From positions 504,558,058-504,622,057 of the forward strand of contig NC_058131.1 of NCBI RefSeq assembly GCF_016433145.1: a DNA stretch of 64,000 nucleotides, written 5' to 3'. Position numbers and translations under genes: made by a program. The notes under the pieces are model-generated. The model was not told where the DNA came from. It saw nothing but the letters and a program-made list of their open reading frames with translations, and searched no databases. The stretch is from Gracilinanus agilis. Its lineage: Eukaryota. Each line of letters starts with the position of its first letter. Position 1 is the stretch's first letter. This document shows positions 39,130 through 53,484 of the stretch, in pieces.

Positions 39130-40560
39130 ATATAAGCATTCCTCAAACTCCTTCACTTGATCATCATCCATGCCTCACACACTATCTATGGGTTATACTC
39201 AAGATTTTGTGTTGTACTCACTTTTATGTTACTTCCTGGTAAACTCATTAGCTTTCAGAGGCTTATCATCTCCATGCATACAACTCCCAGAGATACACAT
39301 ACACACATATACACACACAGTGTCTCTTTCTCGAGTTCTAGATCAAATACTATTGGACTTTTGAACATGATATACCACAGACATTTCAAACTCAACATGT
39401 CTAAAGCTGAGCTCTCTCCCCTCAACACCCAATGTTCTTATGAATTTCTTAATTTTTCTTATGGGTACTACCATCTCCCCCCTTGTCATCCAGGTTCACA
39501 ACCTCAATGTTATCCATGGTTCCTCACACCACATATACAAATCAATTGCCAACTCTTATAATTTCTCTCTATAAAATCTCTCCTATCTAACTCTTGTTTC
39601 AACATACACGCAAATATGACCATGTTACTCTCATTTCAATAAATTGCAGTAGTCCCATATTATCTCTAGGATCAAATATAAATTCCATTGACATTTTAAA
39701 CTCTATTCAACCTGGCATCAATTTATTTTGCTAAAATAATTAAGTACTATTCCCTTTCATGTATACAGTATGTTTTGGCCAAATTGGTCTTCTTACTCTT
39801 CCATATCCTGGCACTCCATCTTCCATCTCTTTGTCTTTGCAATTGGCTATTCTATATACCTGGAATGCCTCCTTAGACACCCTAGTTTCCTCAAGAGTCA
39901 GTTCTGGTACCACCTTTTAACATGAATCCTTTCCTGTTACCACAAGCTGTAAGTAACCCCCTCCCCCCAATTATCCAGCATTTATTTATTTTGTACATAC
40001 CTATTTATGTATATTTTGCTTTCTATGGCTAGACTATTAGCTCTTTGCAGAGCAGGACCCTTTTGCTTTTGTCTTTGTATCTCCAGTGTACCTAGTACAG
40101 AGACTGGTACACAGTAATTACTTAAATATTTGTTGATTGACTGATTACACCTCCAAAATATATTTTGCCCTTTTTTCCACTTGTACAACCAACACCTTAG
40201 TTTGGGTTTTCATCATCTATCACCTGGACCATTTCAATAGCTTCCAAATTGGTCTTCTTGCTTCAAGTCTCTTTCTTGCCAAACCCATATGTCACACAGT
40301 TGCCACAGTGATATTCTGAAGCACAAGTAGACACTCCTTTGCTCAATCAACTCCAGGAATCCCTTATTGCCTCTAGGATCATATACTTCTGATTATCTTA
40401 TAAAGCCCTTTATAATCTGGTTCTAACCTACTTTCCTAGTTTTATTATATATATGTTACTTCCCTTAATTGTGCAATCCAGCCAAACTGCTTTTTTGTTA
40501 TTCCCATGTATAACATTCCTTCTGTCTTTGAATATTCTGTCCTCCATGAATGGAAAGCAG
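39130..40560. mobile_element. L2 fragments
   Basis: catttcaaactcaacatgtctaaagctgagctc; tccaaattggtcttcttgcttcaagtctc; ctctaggatc. Confidence 0.75.
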
Positions 40561-40749
40561 TGTTTATTATGGCAATTGCTGAATCTGTGCACCCATGAAC
40601 CAGTTGGGTCTCCTTAACTCAATATACTCCAATATTTTTTTCATATTTTATCAAAATTAACTCAACTTCATCCATATCATTTGGCTTATATTCTATCCTA
40701 TTTTTTCAAATTCTGAAGGGAAATATAATTTCCTGTAATGAGTAGAATG

Positions 40750-42420
40750 AAAAAGGCAAGCTTTTATTAAGTACTCACTACATGCCAGGCACTATCTTAG
40801 GTGCTGAGATTACAAAATATAAAGGTGAGGCAATCCCTGACCTCAAGGAACTTGGGTTTTAAAGGCAGAGACATCATATTTAGGTATGTTAAAAACACTT
40901 ATAAAGCAGCTACAAGGTAACCTTGTTCAGATGTTACTGGCAACTGAGAGATCAGGAAATGTCTTATGCAGAAGATAGCACTTTAATTGATTTTTGAAGG
41001 AAACTAAGGATTCTAAGAGGTGAGGAAGGAGAGCTTGCTATGGGAGACAGTTAGTACAAAGATCCAGAAATAGGAAACGGAAAATAGTGTTCAAGGAACA
41101 GGAAATAAGCCAGTAGGCCTGGATTGCAGAGTACATGGAAAAGAAGTAAAGTGAGAAGGTGCGAGACGTAGGATGGAGCAAGGTTACAAAGAGCTTTAAT
41201 TACCAAAGGAATTTATATTTGAGTCTAGAGATTACCAACAGAATTTATAGAGTATGGATATGGATATGAGAGCTAAGAGTGAGACAGTGATTTGGCCAGA
41301 AATGGACTTTAAGATGATTTTGGTATGGAAGATGTACTGGAGAAGAGAAAGGCTCCAATCAGAGAATCTCATTAAGAGGGCAGGCAGGTGAGAGGTGATG
41401 AAAGTTTGAACCAGAGTGGTGATTATGAGAATAGGGATAAGGGGAAATAGGTTTGAGACACTGTTAAAGAAAAAACAATAAGACTTTGCAACTGATTGGA
41501 TATGAAAAGTAAGAGAGAATGAGGAGTTGAGAGATAATTTTAAGACTGTAAAGTGGAATGACTGAAAAGATTGTGATAGCCTTGACAGTAATATGAAAAT
41601 TCAATAGAGGGGTTGGTTTTTTTTTTTTTTGAAAAGATAATGAGTTCTGTTTTAGACAAGTTTGAGTGATGCCTGTAGATCATCCGATTTTCATTACTTA
41701 ATAGGTATAGACAGAAGAGAGACTTGAGGGGCAGCTAGCTGTTTCAGTGGATAGAGAGCCAGTTCAAATATGACATCAGTCTTTTCATAGCCATGTGATC
41801 CTGGACAAGTCACTTAACCCAAATTGTCTAGCCCTTGGTACTCTTCTGCTTTGGAACTGATACCAGTATTCATTCTAAGACAGAAGGTAAGGGTTTAAAA
41901 AGATTTTTTTAAAAGAAGAAAGATTTGGGCTTGAGATTGTTGATCCAGGAGTATTATGAATACAGATGATAATTGAACTCATGGGAAATGAAGGGATCAC
42001 AAAGTGAGAGTGTATACAGAGAAAATGGAAGAGAGTGCAGGGTAGAACTTTGAGGCAAAGAACTGGAATAGTGTCACAAGAACTAAGAGAGGAGAGAGTA
42101 TTCAGGAAGAAAGGGTAAATTCAGCAGAGATTGAGAGGGATAAAGACTGAGAAAAGGCTATCATCAGATTTGGCAATTAAGAAATCACTGGTATCTTTCA
42201 GGAGAGCAGATTCAGTTGGACAATGATGTCACATGCCAAGGAACTGTTGGCAAAGAATGAAGCCAGTTTTTTCAAAGGAGATTGGCAGAGAAAGACAGGA
42301 GAGATATAGGATGATAGCTATTAGGGATAGAAAAGCTTAGCAAAAAGGTATTTTGTTTTTTTTAAATATGGGGAGATGAGCATATTCAGAAGTCTAGCAA
42401 GAAAGGAGGTAGTGAACAGA
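40750..42420. mobile_element. L2 (purine-rich strand)
   Basis: atgccaggcactatcttaggtgctgagattacaaa; gagaggtgatgaaagtttgaacc; gatttggcaattaagaaatcactgg. Confidence 0.75.
41728..41901 (+). mobile_element. SINE1_Mdo-like, antisense to the gene
   Basis: ggggcagctagct...aagtcacttaacccaaattgtctagccc...gacagaaggtaagggtttaaaa. Confidence 0.88.
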
Positions 42421-43084
42421 AGAAACTAATAAAAAACAGCTCATTTGTCATTAAATAAATTTGTTAAAGATTTCCTCCTAATATCAAGAGAGATAATAAA
42501 GAAATAAGAGAGTTAAACTACTCATTGCAAAGTTTTAAAAGCATATTAGATTTTACAATATTCAAATCTAGCTGTGATCTTAAATCTTCTATGATTACAT
42601 GCACTATAATTCACCATAATTAAGAACTTCATCATCTACTAAAAACTGAAAAAGAAACAAGTGAGATTCTTCAAAGTCCTGAAGAAGCTTAACAGTAGAT
42701 TTTAGTCAAGTCAAAATGTAGTATAATCACTGAAAAGATAGGGATTGGAGGGAAAGAACAGGCTAATGATTATTAAAATGGAAATGAAAAGATATTAGAG
42801 ATATTTTAAAGAAAGAACTAAAATTATTCTGTATTATGAATGAATTATGATGCTCCTAAAACTACTGCTCAAAAGACAGAAGGAGTAAAATGCCTAGTAC
42901 AGTGCTTAGCACACAGTAGGAGCTTAATAAGGGCTAATTTGTTTCATTCATTGGAGGCAAATGGCTATTGTTCTTATTTCAAAGATTTTAATGCTATCCC
43001 TTCCTGTTTTGAACATTTATATTCATAATTAAAGGCCCCTCTCCTTATTTTCCTCAAAGCCTAAAGTGCAGAGATTTAATAGAT

Positions 43085-43330
43085 TTTCAGTGGGCATCTG
43101 GGTGAAAACAGTGCACTGGGCATAGAGTCAGGAAGATCTAAGTTCAAATTTGACCTCAGACACTTAATTAGCTTTGAGACCATGGGCAACTCACTAAGGG
43201 TTGTCTTAGTTTCCTCATTTGTAAAATGATTCTGAGAAGGAAATAGCAATCTCCAGTATATTTGCAAGAAAACCCTCAAAAGGGGTCATGAAGAGTCACA
43301 CATGACTTAGAATGACTAAATAACAACAAC
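43085..43330 (+). mobile_element. MAR1 SINE (CORE plus RTE/BovB-type tail)
   Basis: MIR head and CORE, then gagaaggaaatagcaatctccagtatatttgcaagaaaacc...ggggtcatgaagagtc...aacaacaac. Confidence 0.85.
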
Positions 43331-45185
43331 TGGGTTTGTGGATATGTATAGTCAGAGATGGTGGGAACAAGTTTCTATGTTTTCTTTTCTACAAGTATGA
43401 AACCAAGTCTGGCATCAGTAACCAATTCTGGAATTCCAAATGAGTAAATGATAATGTTTAAAATAAACAGAACCTTATTAAAGCCCAGTGTTGCATAATA
43501 GCAATAGTTTTTTTTCCTATATTTGAAACCAGCAATGAATGCCTCATAATTGGCCACTGAAAGAAGTATAAATTTCTGATCTTAATGAAGTACTGAATCA
43601 AATGGAAAAGTAGGAGAAACACTTTAGTTTCAGAAGAATATATTCTAACATTTAAAACACAAAGTGATACAGTCTATAAAAAGCTAATAAGGCATGCTTT
43701 TTTTATTACTTTAAAACCTAACTGGATTACAAGTTTTTGGAAACTTGCCTAAGAATGTATTAAATAGGCCAAGAATAAAGCTCAATTCAAATGTAAAAAA
43801 AAATCTTTACAAGTTAGATAAATGAAAAGAGTTTAATATTTTTTGTTAATTAAATATGATTAGAGATCAAATTTTAGGGAGTATAAATACTCATATCCAT
43901 ATATGTGGCCAATCATTTAAGAATGAAATATGTGAAAATGTGTGGTTCTATATAGACATAAAGCAGTATGTTCAACACGTTCCAATTAAAAAAAAATTAT
44001 GCTCCTTCCTTGTCTATCAGGAAAACATTTAAGTGGTGTGCTTTCACATTTAAAAATAGACAACTAATCTCTAACATAGAGAACCATATTTTCAGTGGGA
44101 GGCAAGTAGGAGAGTGAGAATTGCAATGAAGGAAGCACAGAGGTTGCTTTGGGAGCTGAAGATATATGGAAGATGGCCTTTTAGGCAATTACCTATAATA
44201 TTAATAAAAGTATATGAGTAATTATAGCCACTGAAAGCTAAAGTTTAAATGTTAATCAGCTACATTTGGGTAATCCAAAGATGTCTGTGTTAAAACTCAA
44301 GTTATTTAAATTAAAGGAATGAATTCTGTTTCTAGAGAAATATCTTTTATGCCCTTACCTGGAAATAAGTCTCAAATAAATTACTATTTTAAATGCTACT
44401 TAGGGTATATAATAATCGATAAATATTTAAAATAATAATATGTTTTCAGAGAGAGAGGAATATACGATTTTGTACTAGGCTAATGGGGATCCATTAGAAT
44501 AAAATGACCAGTTATACAATATTATAGGAATAAATGGTTCATTAAAAACAGTAAAATTATTGTTTTTCTCATTAGTTTTCTAAAGGAGGCTTTAAAATTC
44601 ACAGTTTTACCATGTAAAAAAGATCTGTTTGAGAGACTGAGCCACTAGACATGAGAAATGTACAAAAAAAGTGCTAAATTTGAAGAACTGATAGCACAGT
44701 TAATATAAATATAATCATACCGCTGTGGCATTTAAAAATATGCATACAATACAAACTAAAGAAATGATTTATTTTTGGATACTAGCAATGTTTCTTATTA
44801 CATTTGTATTCATAGAGCAACAACTAAGTTAAAAAAAATGTTAAAAAAAACTTTAAAAATACATCATTACCCCCACATAGTATATATGACAATATTTTCT
44901 GATTTTTTTGTTATAAAATTTCTACTTCCAATTTTAGTTTATAACTGTTGTATGAAGAATGCATTCCATAAAAGATCTCTCGCCCAAATAAGAATAATGT
45001 CAAGATGATCAACTGGCAAAAAAAGACAGTTTCCTTTGAGATTAAAATAGAAAGAAATAGAAATCTAAGAAACATGCTTTTAGTTGTTGTTTTTTTTTTT
45101 CTATTTAAGAAGAATGCCCTAGAAGTAAAAAGGATACAATCATTGATTAAGTAGTAATGATATTATTTAAGATAATACTATTCTA

Positions 45186-45359
<174 letters not shown>

Positions 45360-46349
45360 CTAGAAAACAAATACAATTGTGTGTGGAATCCTTAATGTTG
45401 GTAAATAAAAGCCTGTGTTAATAGTCTTTATAACATTTTAGATAATTTATTATGAGTATTATCAATTGTATTTTACACTTTGACGAGTCAAAGGTTTAAC
45501 CAGTGAGAGTTTATTTTCTGCTGATACAGTTCATGATTCTATTACGTGTTTTCAATCTGTACTATTTGAATTAATGTTTTTCCATCAATCATTCATACAA
45601 GATCTACCTAGTCTTCTGGAGAACTTCTCAGAAGTACTATGCAGTACTTGGTCTGCCCATCTATTATCCTTCATTCTCCCTAAATAACTAGGTTTCAAGA
45701 TATATTAAAATTATTTTTTATTTTTTGGTTCAGATCTGTGATTTTACTGGTGTAGGAAACTTCTGGGGAGGAAAGTGTATCAATACAGATGAGCAATTGT
45801 TTTGCAACTTATAATCTTACTAAAGAGTTGTCAGGGTCACTGAGATATTAAGTGATTGTTCCAGGGTCACACAGTCAGTATCTGTCAAAGACAGGACCTG
45901 AACTCAGCTCCTCCTGACTCTTAAGGCTACTTCTCCCTATAATTGCTCAAACTCTTTTGATGGTATATATTTCAAAATATATAATCTCCTTGTTAAAATA
46001 ACATATGTTCAAAGTAACAAAATAAGGGGGGGAAAAGAGGAAAATTATGGTTCTTTAGAACTTCATTTGGGTGAAAAATGAAAACCTAAAATACCATAGT
46101 TAAATATTTACATATTTTTCCTTAAGGATTTCCTGAGAATTCCATGCAATCCAACCAGGTTAAAAGACAGAAAGAATGCTGAAATTCAAGCCTGAGGACA
46201 TGGATGTAAAGCTTTGCTTTGCCATGGACTACTCAGAGAGGCTGGTAGGTCACGACTTCCCAGGACCCCATTTCCTCATCTGTACAAGAAAGGACAGTAC
46301 TAGATGATCTTTGAGGTCCCTCTCTAAATATAAATTCAAAATCCTAGAT

Positions 46350-46565
46350 GGCCTAGGTTCTTAACTTTGGATTCCTGGAGAGACTTCAGGGGGCCCATGA
46401 ACTTAGAGAAAAAAAAATAACATCTCTATTTCTACTATTCTTTGAAATTTAGCATTTTCTTCAATTATGAATATAGGAAACAAAACATTATTCTGAGACG
46501 AGGGCTACAGATTTCATCAGGCTCCCAAAGTAATCAAAGACATTAATGAGGACAGGAATCCCTGC
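46350..46565. mobile_element. old hAT-Charlie (MER5-like) remnant
   Basis: ggttcttaactttgg...gggcccatgaactt...aggaatccctgct. Confidence 0.6.
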
Positions 46566-47548
46566 TTTACTGAAAGATCTACTTCACTCCTCTTAATCTA
46601 GTTTCTTTTAATTATGAAGCAGAAACACCACCACGATGGTCTGGTCTGTATGCTCTTAAAAATAATGAAGATTAAGAATTACTTTGGATTCCCCTTACCT
46701 ACTGAAAGCATGCTACATCTGTTTAATGGCAGATTTAACTTCAAAAGGTATAAAAATGCTATCACCTGTTTTCAGATACTGGCCACGTAATCAGTTCAGG
46801 ACTTCTGTGAATACTTATGACAAGTACCTTGATATTAAGTTGCCCGTGTATTATTATGGGAATTTACAGGTGACACTGTATGATTCTATACTTATCTTTG
46901 ATTCCAAATTCACGAAAGTTCAGGTACTAATACTTTAGCATGATTAATCACAATTTGCCATTCATAAATTATATAAGCTTTGTATATCTTTTGTTATAGA
47001 ATACTAATGTAGAGGTATTGAAAAACAACAGTTTTCAAATTAAATCTTAAAGAACTCTCAAGTTTAGAAAAAGCTAAGATGAATTATTCAGATTACAAAG
47101 CCTAAGTGTAACTGCATTGTTATCTTCTTCAATAATTCGTGGATTTTGTTTGGGTAGGTATTTTCTCCACTATGCAGATAAAAAACTAACATAATTTGAT
47201 AGTCAGTTTTCAACAGTTGCTATGCAAAAGAAACCAACAACTGCCAATTGTTGCCATCTTAACAATAAGCATTTCCAAAAATTTAATTCTAAAATGATGG
47301 ACAAATGAGCTGATGGTAGGCCATCTTCTAAACCATCTTGGTAGGACCTTCCAGATTCTACTAGCACTGACTTTGAGACCCCAAAGGACACCTCCATTTC
47401 ATGATGAGGTATTAGAAAAGGATTTGTGTGGAGATTTACTGTAATATTATCTAAATAGCTTGTTTTCTTTTTAGATAGTAAAAAGAAAGAAAGAAAGAAA
47501 GAAAAAATACAGTGAAAAGTCAGTTAAATTAAGTGTATCATCCTAGAA

Positions 47549-47752
47549 CAATGATGGGCAAACTTTTTAAAGAGGGGGCCAAAGGAAAGGAAATGCTCAT
47601 CTGTCAGTCTGTTTCTAAGGCAACTCTTTGAAGTTTCATTGTATTGTATCCTACTTATTGTATTTGTCAGATTAGGAATAATGTCGCACAGCCAGATAGA
47701 ACATTTCAGGGGGCCCGAATCTGGCCCGCGTGCTATAGTTTGCCCATCACTG
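47549..47752. mobile_element. hAT MITE, 204 bp
   Basis: TIRs caatgatgggcaaact / agtttgcccatcactg; TSD tcctagaa on the left and (t)tcctagaa on the right; CpGs retained. Confidence 0.92.
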
Positions 47753-48027
47753 TTCCTAGAACATAATGATCGAGTTATAAAAGAGAAATGCCTCTCTTAG
47801 AGACTGATTCTCAGGCTATCAAAGGCCATGCTAATTTGAAATAATTTTTTATAGGATGAAGAAGATCAAAGTTAAACATTTAATACACATTTGAACCAGT
47901 TGGTTTCATAAGGGGAATACTATTCCTATTCCACATTTATAGTCTGAAGCCATACCTTTCGTACAGCCACTGTTATTGGTTACAAAAAATGGATGGTATG
48001 AGATGACTCGGGGGAAAATCAGGCAAT

Positions 48028-48065
48028 ATTACCAGAAAACCAATCAATTACCAGAAAACCAATCA
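48028..48065. repeat. perfect 19-bp tandem duplication attaccagaaaaccaatca x2
   Basis: Read directly from the sequence. Confidence 0.95.
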
Positions 48066-49888
48066 ATCAAGTATTTTTTTAAGTACCTATATACTGAAGT
48101 AGGTATTGGGGATATAAATACCAGAATGACATAATCCTTCCATTCAAGGAACTAAGAAAACAATTTTAAACACAAGTCCTTCTGATAATAGGCTAAAAGA
48201 ATCTTCACGTAGAAAGAATATCACATCTATATAAAAGGTTATGGGAGATGGGAAACAATTTGTTTTGCTGGCTCCTCTGTATAAAAAGTAAAAAATAGCA
48301 TAAAACTAATGTAAACACAAATAATAACTTGACTAAATAAACTAGTCATTAGGAACCTGATACCTGAGATCTACTGCCAACCTTTCAGTCAGGGGCCAAA
48401 CCCCTCAGATGCCACCTGCTTGGAAATATATCTGAGATTTTTTTAATGCGTAGTAGCTACAGAACTCTAGTTGGGAAGTCTTACCTCTGACTTTTAGGTT
48501 GGAAATAGGTTTGATGCCCATTGATATCTTGGGTGGTGATATGGGGGGACAGGAGGGTACAGTGCCCCTCATAATTCAGCATACTAACAACACCTGAAAG
48601 TGGGAATAAGCAAGAGGGAGGGTGGGAGGAAAGAAGAAGCCAGTCATAGAAACTAGTAAAGGAGGATAGTCTGAAAAATGATGTTGCTGCCATTGGCCAT
48701 ACCTTTTCCTCTGGCTGCTGCAGCTTCAACCTGGTTCTCTCAGCATGGGCCTTGATCCTGAGCACTTGATTTCAGAGCCTTAAGTTCCTCCCTACCCCAA
48801 GTGCTCTCAATTAAGCTAATTCTCTGACCCTTGATGAGAACAAAAGGCATGGGAACATTGGATCCAAATGCAGCCACAATCACCTGGAGTTTTCAAAACA
48901 CTATTTTCCCCATCAGGTTAACTATATTTCAGCTGCTCATCTCACTGTCAGCTTGCTCATACCAATTTGCTTCCTGACCTCACTACAATTCCTCTATTCT
49001 GGTCATTTACTATAGATTTCAGTGAAACAGGGTCTCACATTGAGGTTGTCCTGGGTAAATAGTGTCATGATTCCTGGTGGAAGAACCATAAGCAAGAAAA
49101 CTGAGAAAAAAGGCAAAAAAGAAGATAGCATCTGACCTCTGATTTAAACTGGTCTTAAGAACAGGATAAATAAGAGAATAAGTTTATGCTGCTTGGTATC
49201 TCCTTTACTTTCTGCCTAAAGAAGTTAGGATGTGAGGTTTCAAGAGCCCCTAGCCCCTAGGAAAGAAATTATTGCTAAGTAACCTTCTATCTGGTGCTGG
49301 GGCAGGGAGATTTCCTAGGAATTGGGTTTATAGCTATGGCAGTTGAATCATCAAAAAAATATACCCAGTAGTAGTGATAGCATTGTTCAGATTCTATCAA
49401 CATTTAATACCTGCACCATGGTTGATCAGCTTTCCTTCCTTCAATTGAGTGAAATCTGATTCATTTCAATAAACATTTATCAAGGGTTATTACTGTATGA
49501 GCTAGGCATTATACTAGATGATGAGAAAACAAAGATGAAAATATTTATTAAAGGTCTTCATCCATTTTATGTGCAATTGTGCATAACTACATACCTAGTT
49601 TGGACAGGAAAATGAACCTGAAATAAATGTTTGGGAAGATAGTAGGTGTTGCTCCAGTGGTATGTAAAATTTCTTTTCTACCATGACCTATATGGCTCTC
49701 AAAATGGCATTAAGGGCATAAAAGACTGCCAAATGAGCTACATGTTTTCATTTTTGCCAATGGTACTCTTCCAAATTAAAAAAAAAGTCATCAAGGTTCA
49801 CTACTTGAATGTGTAATTAATTAGTGTTAATATCTAAGCAACCAATTTTTTGTTAAAGTTACTTCCTTAGGACTGAAGGAATCAAACC

Positions 49889-49921
<33 letters not shown>

Positions 49922-49968
49922 GAGAGACAGACAGAGACAGAGACAGACAGAGACAGAGACAGAGAGAA
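49889..49968. repeat. compound (GA)n / (GACAGA)n microsatellite
   Basis: Read directly from the sequence. Confidence 0.95.
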
Positions 49969-50256
49969 TATGGACCAAATACAAAATAAATGCTTATAGG
50001 CAACTTAGTTACATAATCAAGGAAATAATATGCTTCTCAACATTTTAAGAGCTAAAAGGAGGGATAATGGAAAAATAAAGTAGAGATATTCCCTAAATCC
50101 ATTTATTTTGGAGTCTTTAAAAGTATATAAGAAAAAAGATCAAAATGTGGTCTAATATTAGGACATGTTTCTATTAGGATAAATGGTATATGCTTATATC
50201 AAACCATCCTGTCAATTAGTTAATGGTAGGCAAAGAAACAATAATGTTTATGTTTA

Positions 50257-50397
<141 letters not shown>

Positions 50398-51420
50398 TTA
50401 AGCATATTTCCAACTCAATACTAGCCTAAATCTAATTTTGTTTTTATTTAATGTGTACCAAGAACTTAAAATCAGTGTCAAGGAAGAAGAACAAAATTCC
50501 TGTGAAAGCAATGACTTGTATAAATCACTTGGAAAATTATCCATTTATTTTGGAGAAAATTACTATCTATGCCCACAATAAGAAAGTCAAATGATAAGAC
50601 TCCCTGTGTCTCATAATTTGGTAATAGCATTGTACAGTACAATCACAGAAGTTATAATAATCATTTAGCAAAAACAAACACATCTATTTCCTAGTCCTAA
50701 TAATAACCACTGATAAACTAATATCTTTTTTATTTTTGGAAAGTTTTTTTGATGATTGAAAAAATATTGTTGTCATGCTCCAGTGACTCTCTCCCCATTG
50801 AATTCCCCCAGAGAACCCTCCCTTGCAAAAAGGAAACACAGTTAAACAAAGCAAATCAATACATTCTGGCAATGCTAGCCTAATTTCTAGGAAAAAGTAA
50901 CTATATACGACCAATAATGTCAAAAAAACCCTGAAGAAATATGATTATTAATCATAAAACTACATCAGTTAAATGTCCCTGTCAGAAGCAAAGAACCTTT
51001 CTATTCAAAATGCATGTTAAGGATGCCTGCTGCCTATGAAGATATTTTCTTACTATAAAGCACAATACCTAATACAAACTATTGTTTTGAGATAGCATGC
51101 CATAGTGGAAAGAGTACTAGATACATAATTAAAAGAACTGTATTAAAATAGTGACTCATCCACTTATGAACTGTATAACTGTGGGTAAGCTGCTTAACCC
51201 TGAGTCTCGGTTTCCATCATCTATAAAATTAGGATAATAATACATGGACAAGCTGGTTTTCACAGGGCTATTGTGAGATGAAATAATGTATGTTAAGTTG
51301 AGATATTAAGTACTAAATAAGTGTTTGTTATTATGAACCAAAACAAAATTTGATCTATGAACAACTTGATTTACAAAATAAATCAGATGGCATGGGCACA
51401 AAAGCACAAAAATACTTTCA

Positions 51421-51588
<168 letters not shown>

Positions 51589-51927
51589 TTAACTTAAATA
51601 ACATATATGCTATTTAAAGGTAAGACAATTTTAGAATATTGATTAATCATTGATATTCATTAAAAACAAAGTTCAAAAATTAATTTTATTTTTATTTCTT
51701 GAGACTTGTTAAATTTATTTAAATTATATAATACTGTTAAGCTGTTTTTTGAAGCTTGTACTAACTGTGGCGAACAGTTCTCTACAACGAAAGGTATAAA
51801 TCTAATGGCTTCATGGTATTTTTTTCTCATATTATAACTTTAATATATAATAGGATTTTTAAGAGACAAATATTTGCGGTTAAAATATTCACATCAGAAT
51901 TCATGCAAAGCACAAATATATTACTAC

Positions 51928-52053
51928 CTTCATCATTGCACTCCTGGCAACATTTGTCACTCCTGGACGTTCAATTCCCATGTGAAACTGAAGAGGATCT
52001 ATGACAGCTGCATTGCGCTTAAATAAGATAGAAGGAGCTACAAAAGAATATCC
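51928..52053 (-). CDS. RPS6KA5: MSK1 exon 10, hydrophobic motif Ser376 and Ser381
   Basis: 126 nt; GYSFVAPSILFKRNAAVIDPLQFHMGIERPGVTNVARSAMMK; ccccag acceptor, gtagta donor. Confidence 0.98.
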
Positions 52054-53322
52054 CTGGGGGTGGAGAGAAGTTAAAAAAAAAAAGATAAAGGTTTAGATTT
52101 TACAAACTGAAATAATTAATTTTAGGTTAATTGCTAGGACTACAAAAATTCTGAAGAAAGAAAAAACAAGGATGGGTAGATATTATTTTAAGGTTTAAGA
52201 TACATCTTTGTTTCAAATCAAAAGGAAGATAGATGCTTTCTAGAAGAAGAATATGCCACCTTCTGGTATAGTTAAATTAGTTTAAAATTAAGAAATTTAA
52301 AAAATGATTTTCTTTTCATCTGTTAAAAGAAAAAAAGTGATTGCTAATTTTAGTTCTCTTTATTTGTGACAAAAGCATGCAATTCAAAGTGGCTAGATTC
52401 CAAAGAAATTTAGTTAGGGTATTAAAAATAAGCTGTGTTGCCATTAGGAAAAGTGCTATTTTTAATTGGAAAAATGGATTTTACCTTAATACATTTTCAA
52501 TTTGTGATCATTTGATCCTGTTACTGGAATACCATAGCCCAATTAAACAAAGTCTTATTCAATTTAGAAATATAACAGTACATAGCTATAATGATGACTA
52601 GAATAATCATGTTTAATTCCAGATAAGACTAACAAATAACATATTTACTCATTTATAACTCATAATTTAAAGAAATAAAGCTTATTAGTCAAAATAGCAA
52701 ATCTTGAAGTATAATAGATGTCCTTTTAAAATTGCAAAATCTTCTAAAAATGCTTGAGGTGGAAAGCAGTTAAGTAATTCAGCACATTTTCTATAAAAGC
52801 TTCATGAAATACATTTTTCTATATAAATACAAATAAATTAATTCCTTTTGTATATAAAAAGTCACACCCCCCCTTTTATTAGCTGGACTGGAGAACCTAT
52901 ATATCTGATAGAACACTCTCTACCAACACAGACTAGCTCCTTACAAAACAATTTATAGAATTGCCTGGGGATACAGAAAGCTTAATTAAGAGTGCCATAG
53001 CCTCTAAATGTCAGAGGCAGGATTTAAATCCAGGTCTTCTTGACTCTTGACTTGGCTCTTTATTCAGTACACCATGTTGTCTTTCATATATCAATAATAA
53101 ACTCTTAAAATATCTTGTGTTTAATAAACTATAAAATTTATCAAATGTAATTTGTAGCTGTAGCCTTATTATGATATCACCTGTACTAAATTATGAAAAA
53201 TTTAAAGAACATTTTCTTAAGATTGTTAAAATCATATGAAGATAGGAAAAGGTAATCATTATTTTATAAACATTACATTGGCTATAGAAATGTATTTAGA
53301 AAGATATGCTTTTTGAGAGTAC

Positions 53323-53484
53323 CTGAAATAGCCTCTCAGAACTCTGAGGCAGAGCTGCAGGAGAATATGTGGGATCCATTTCTGTAAACTCCTCTGCAAA
53401 ATTACTGACATCTAACTCATCCCGGATTACTGGTTTAAATGGTGCGGGCACTTTTTTGGCCGCTAAATCATCCCAATTTATTTT
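53323..53484 (-). CDS. RPS6KA5: MSK1 exon 9, AGC C-tail with Ser360
   Basis: 162 nt; KINWDDLAAKKVPAPFKPVIRDELDVSNFAEEFTEMDPTYSPAALPQSSERLFQ; poly-T/ag acceptor, donor gtactc. Confidence 0.98.
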
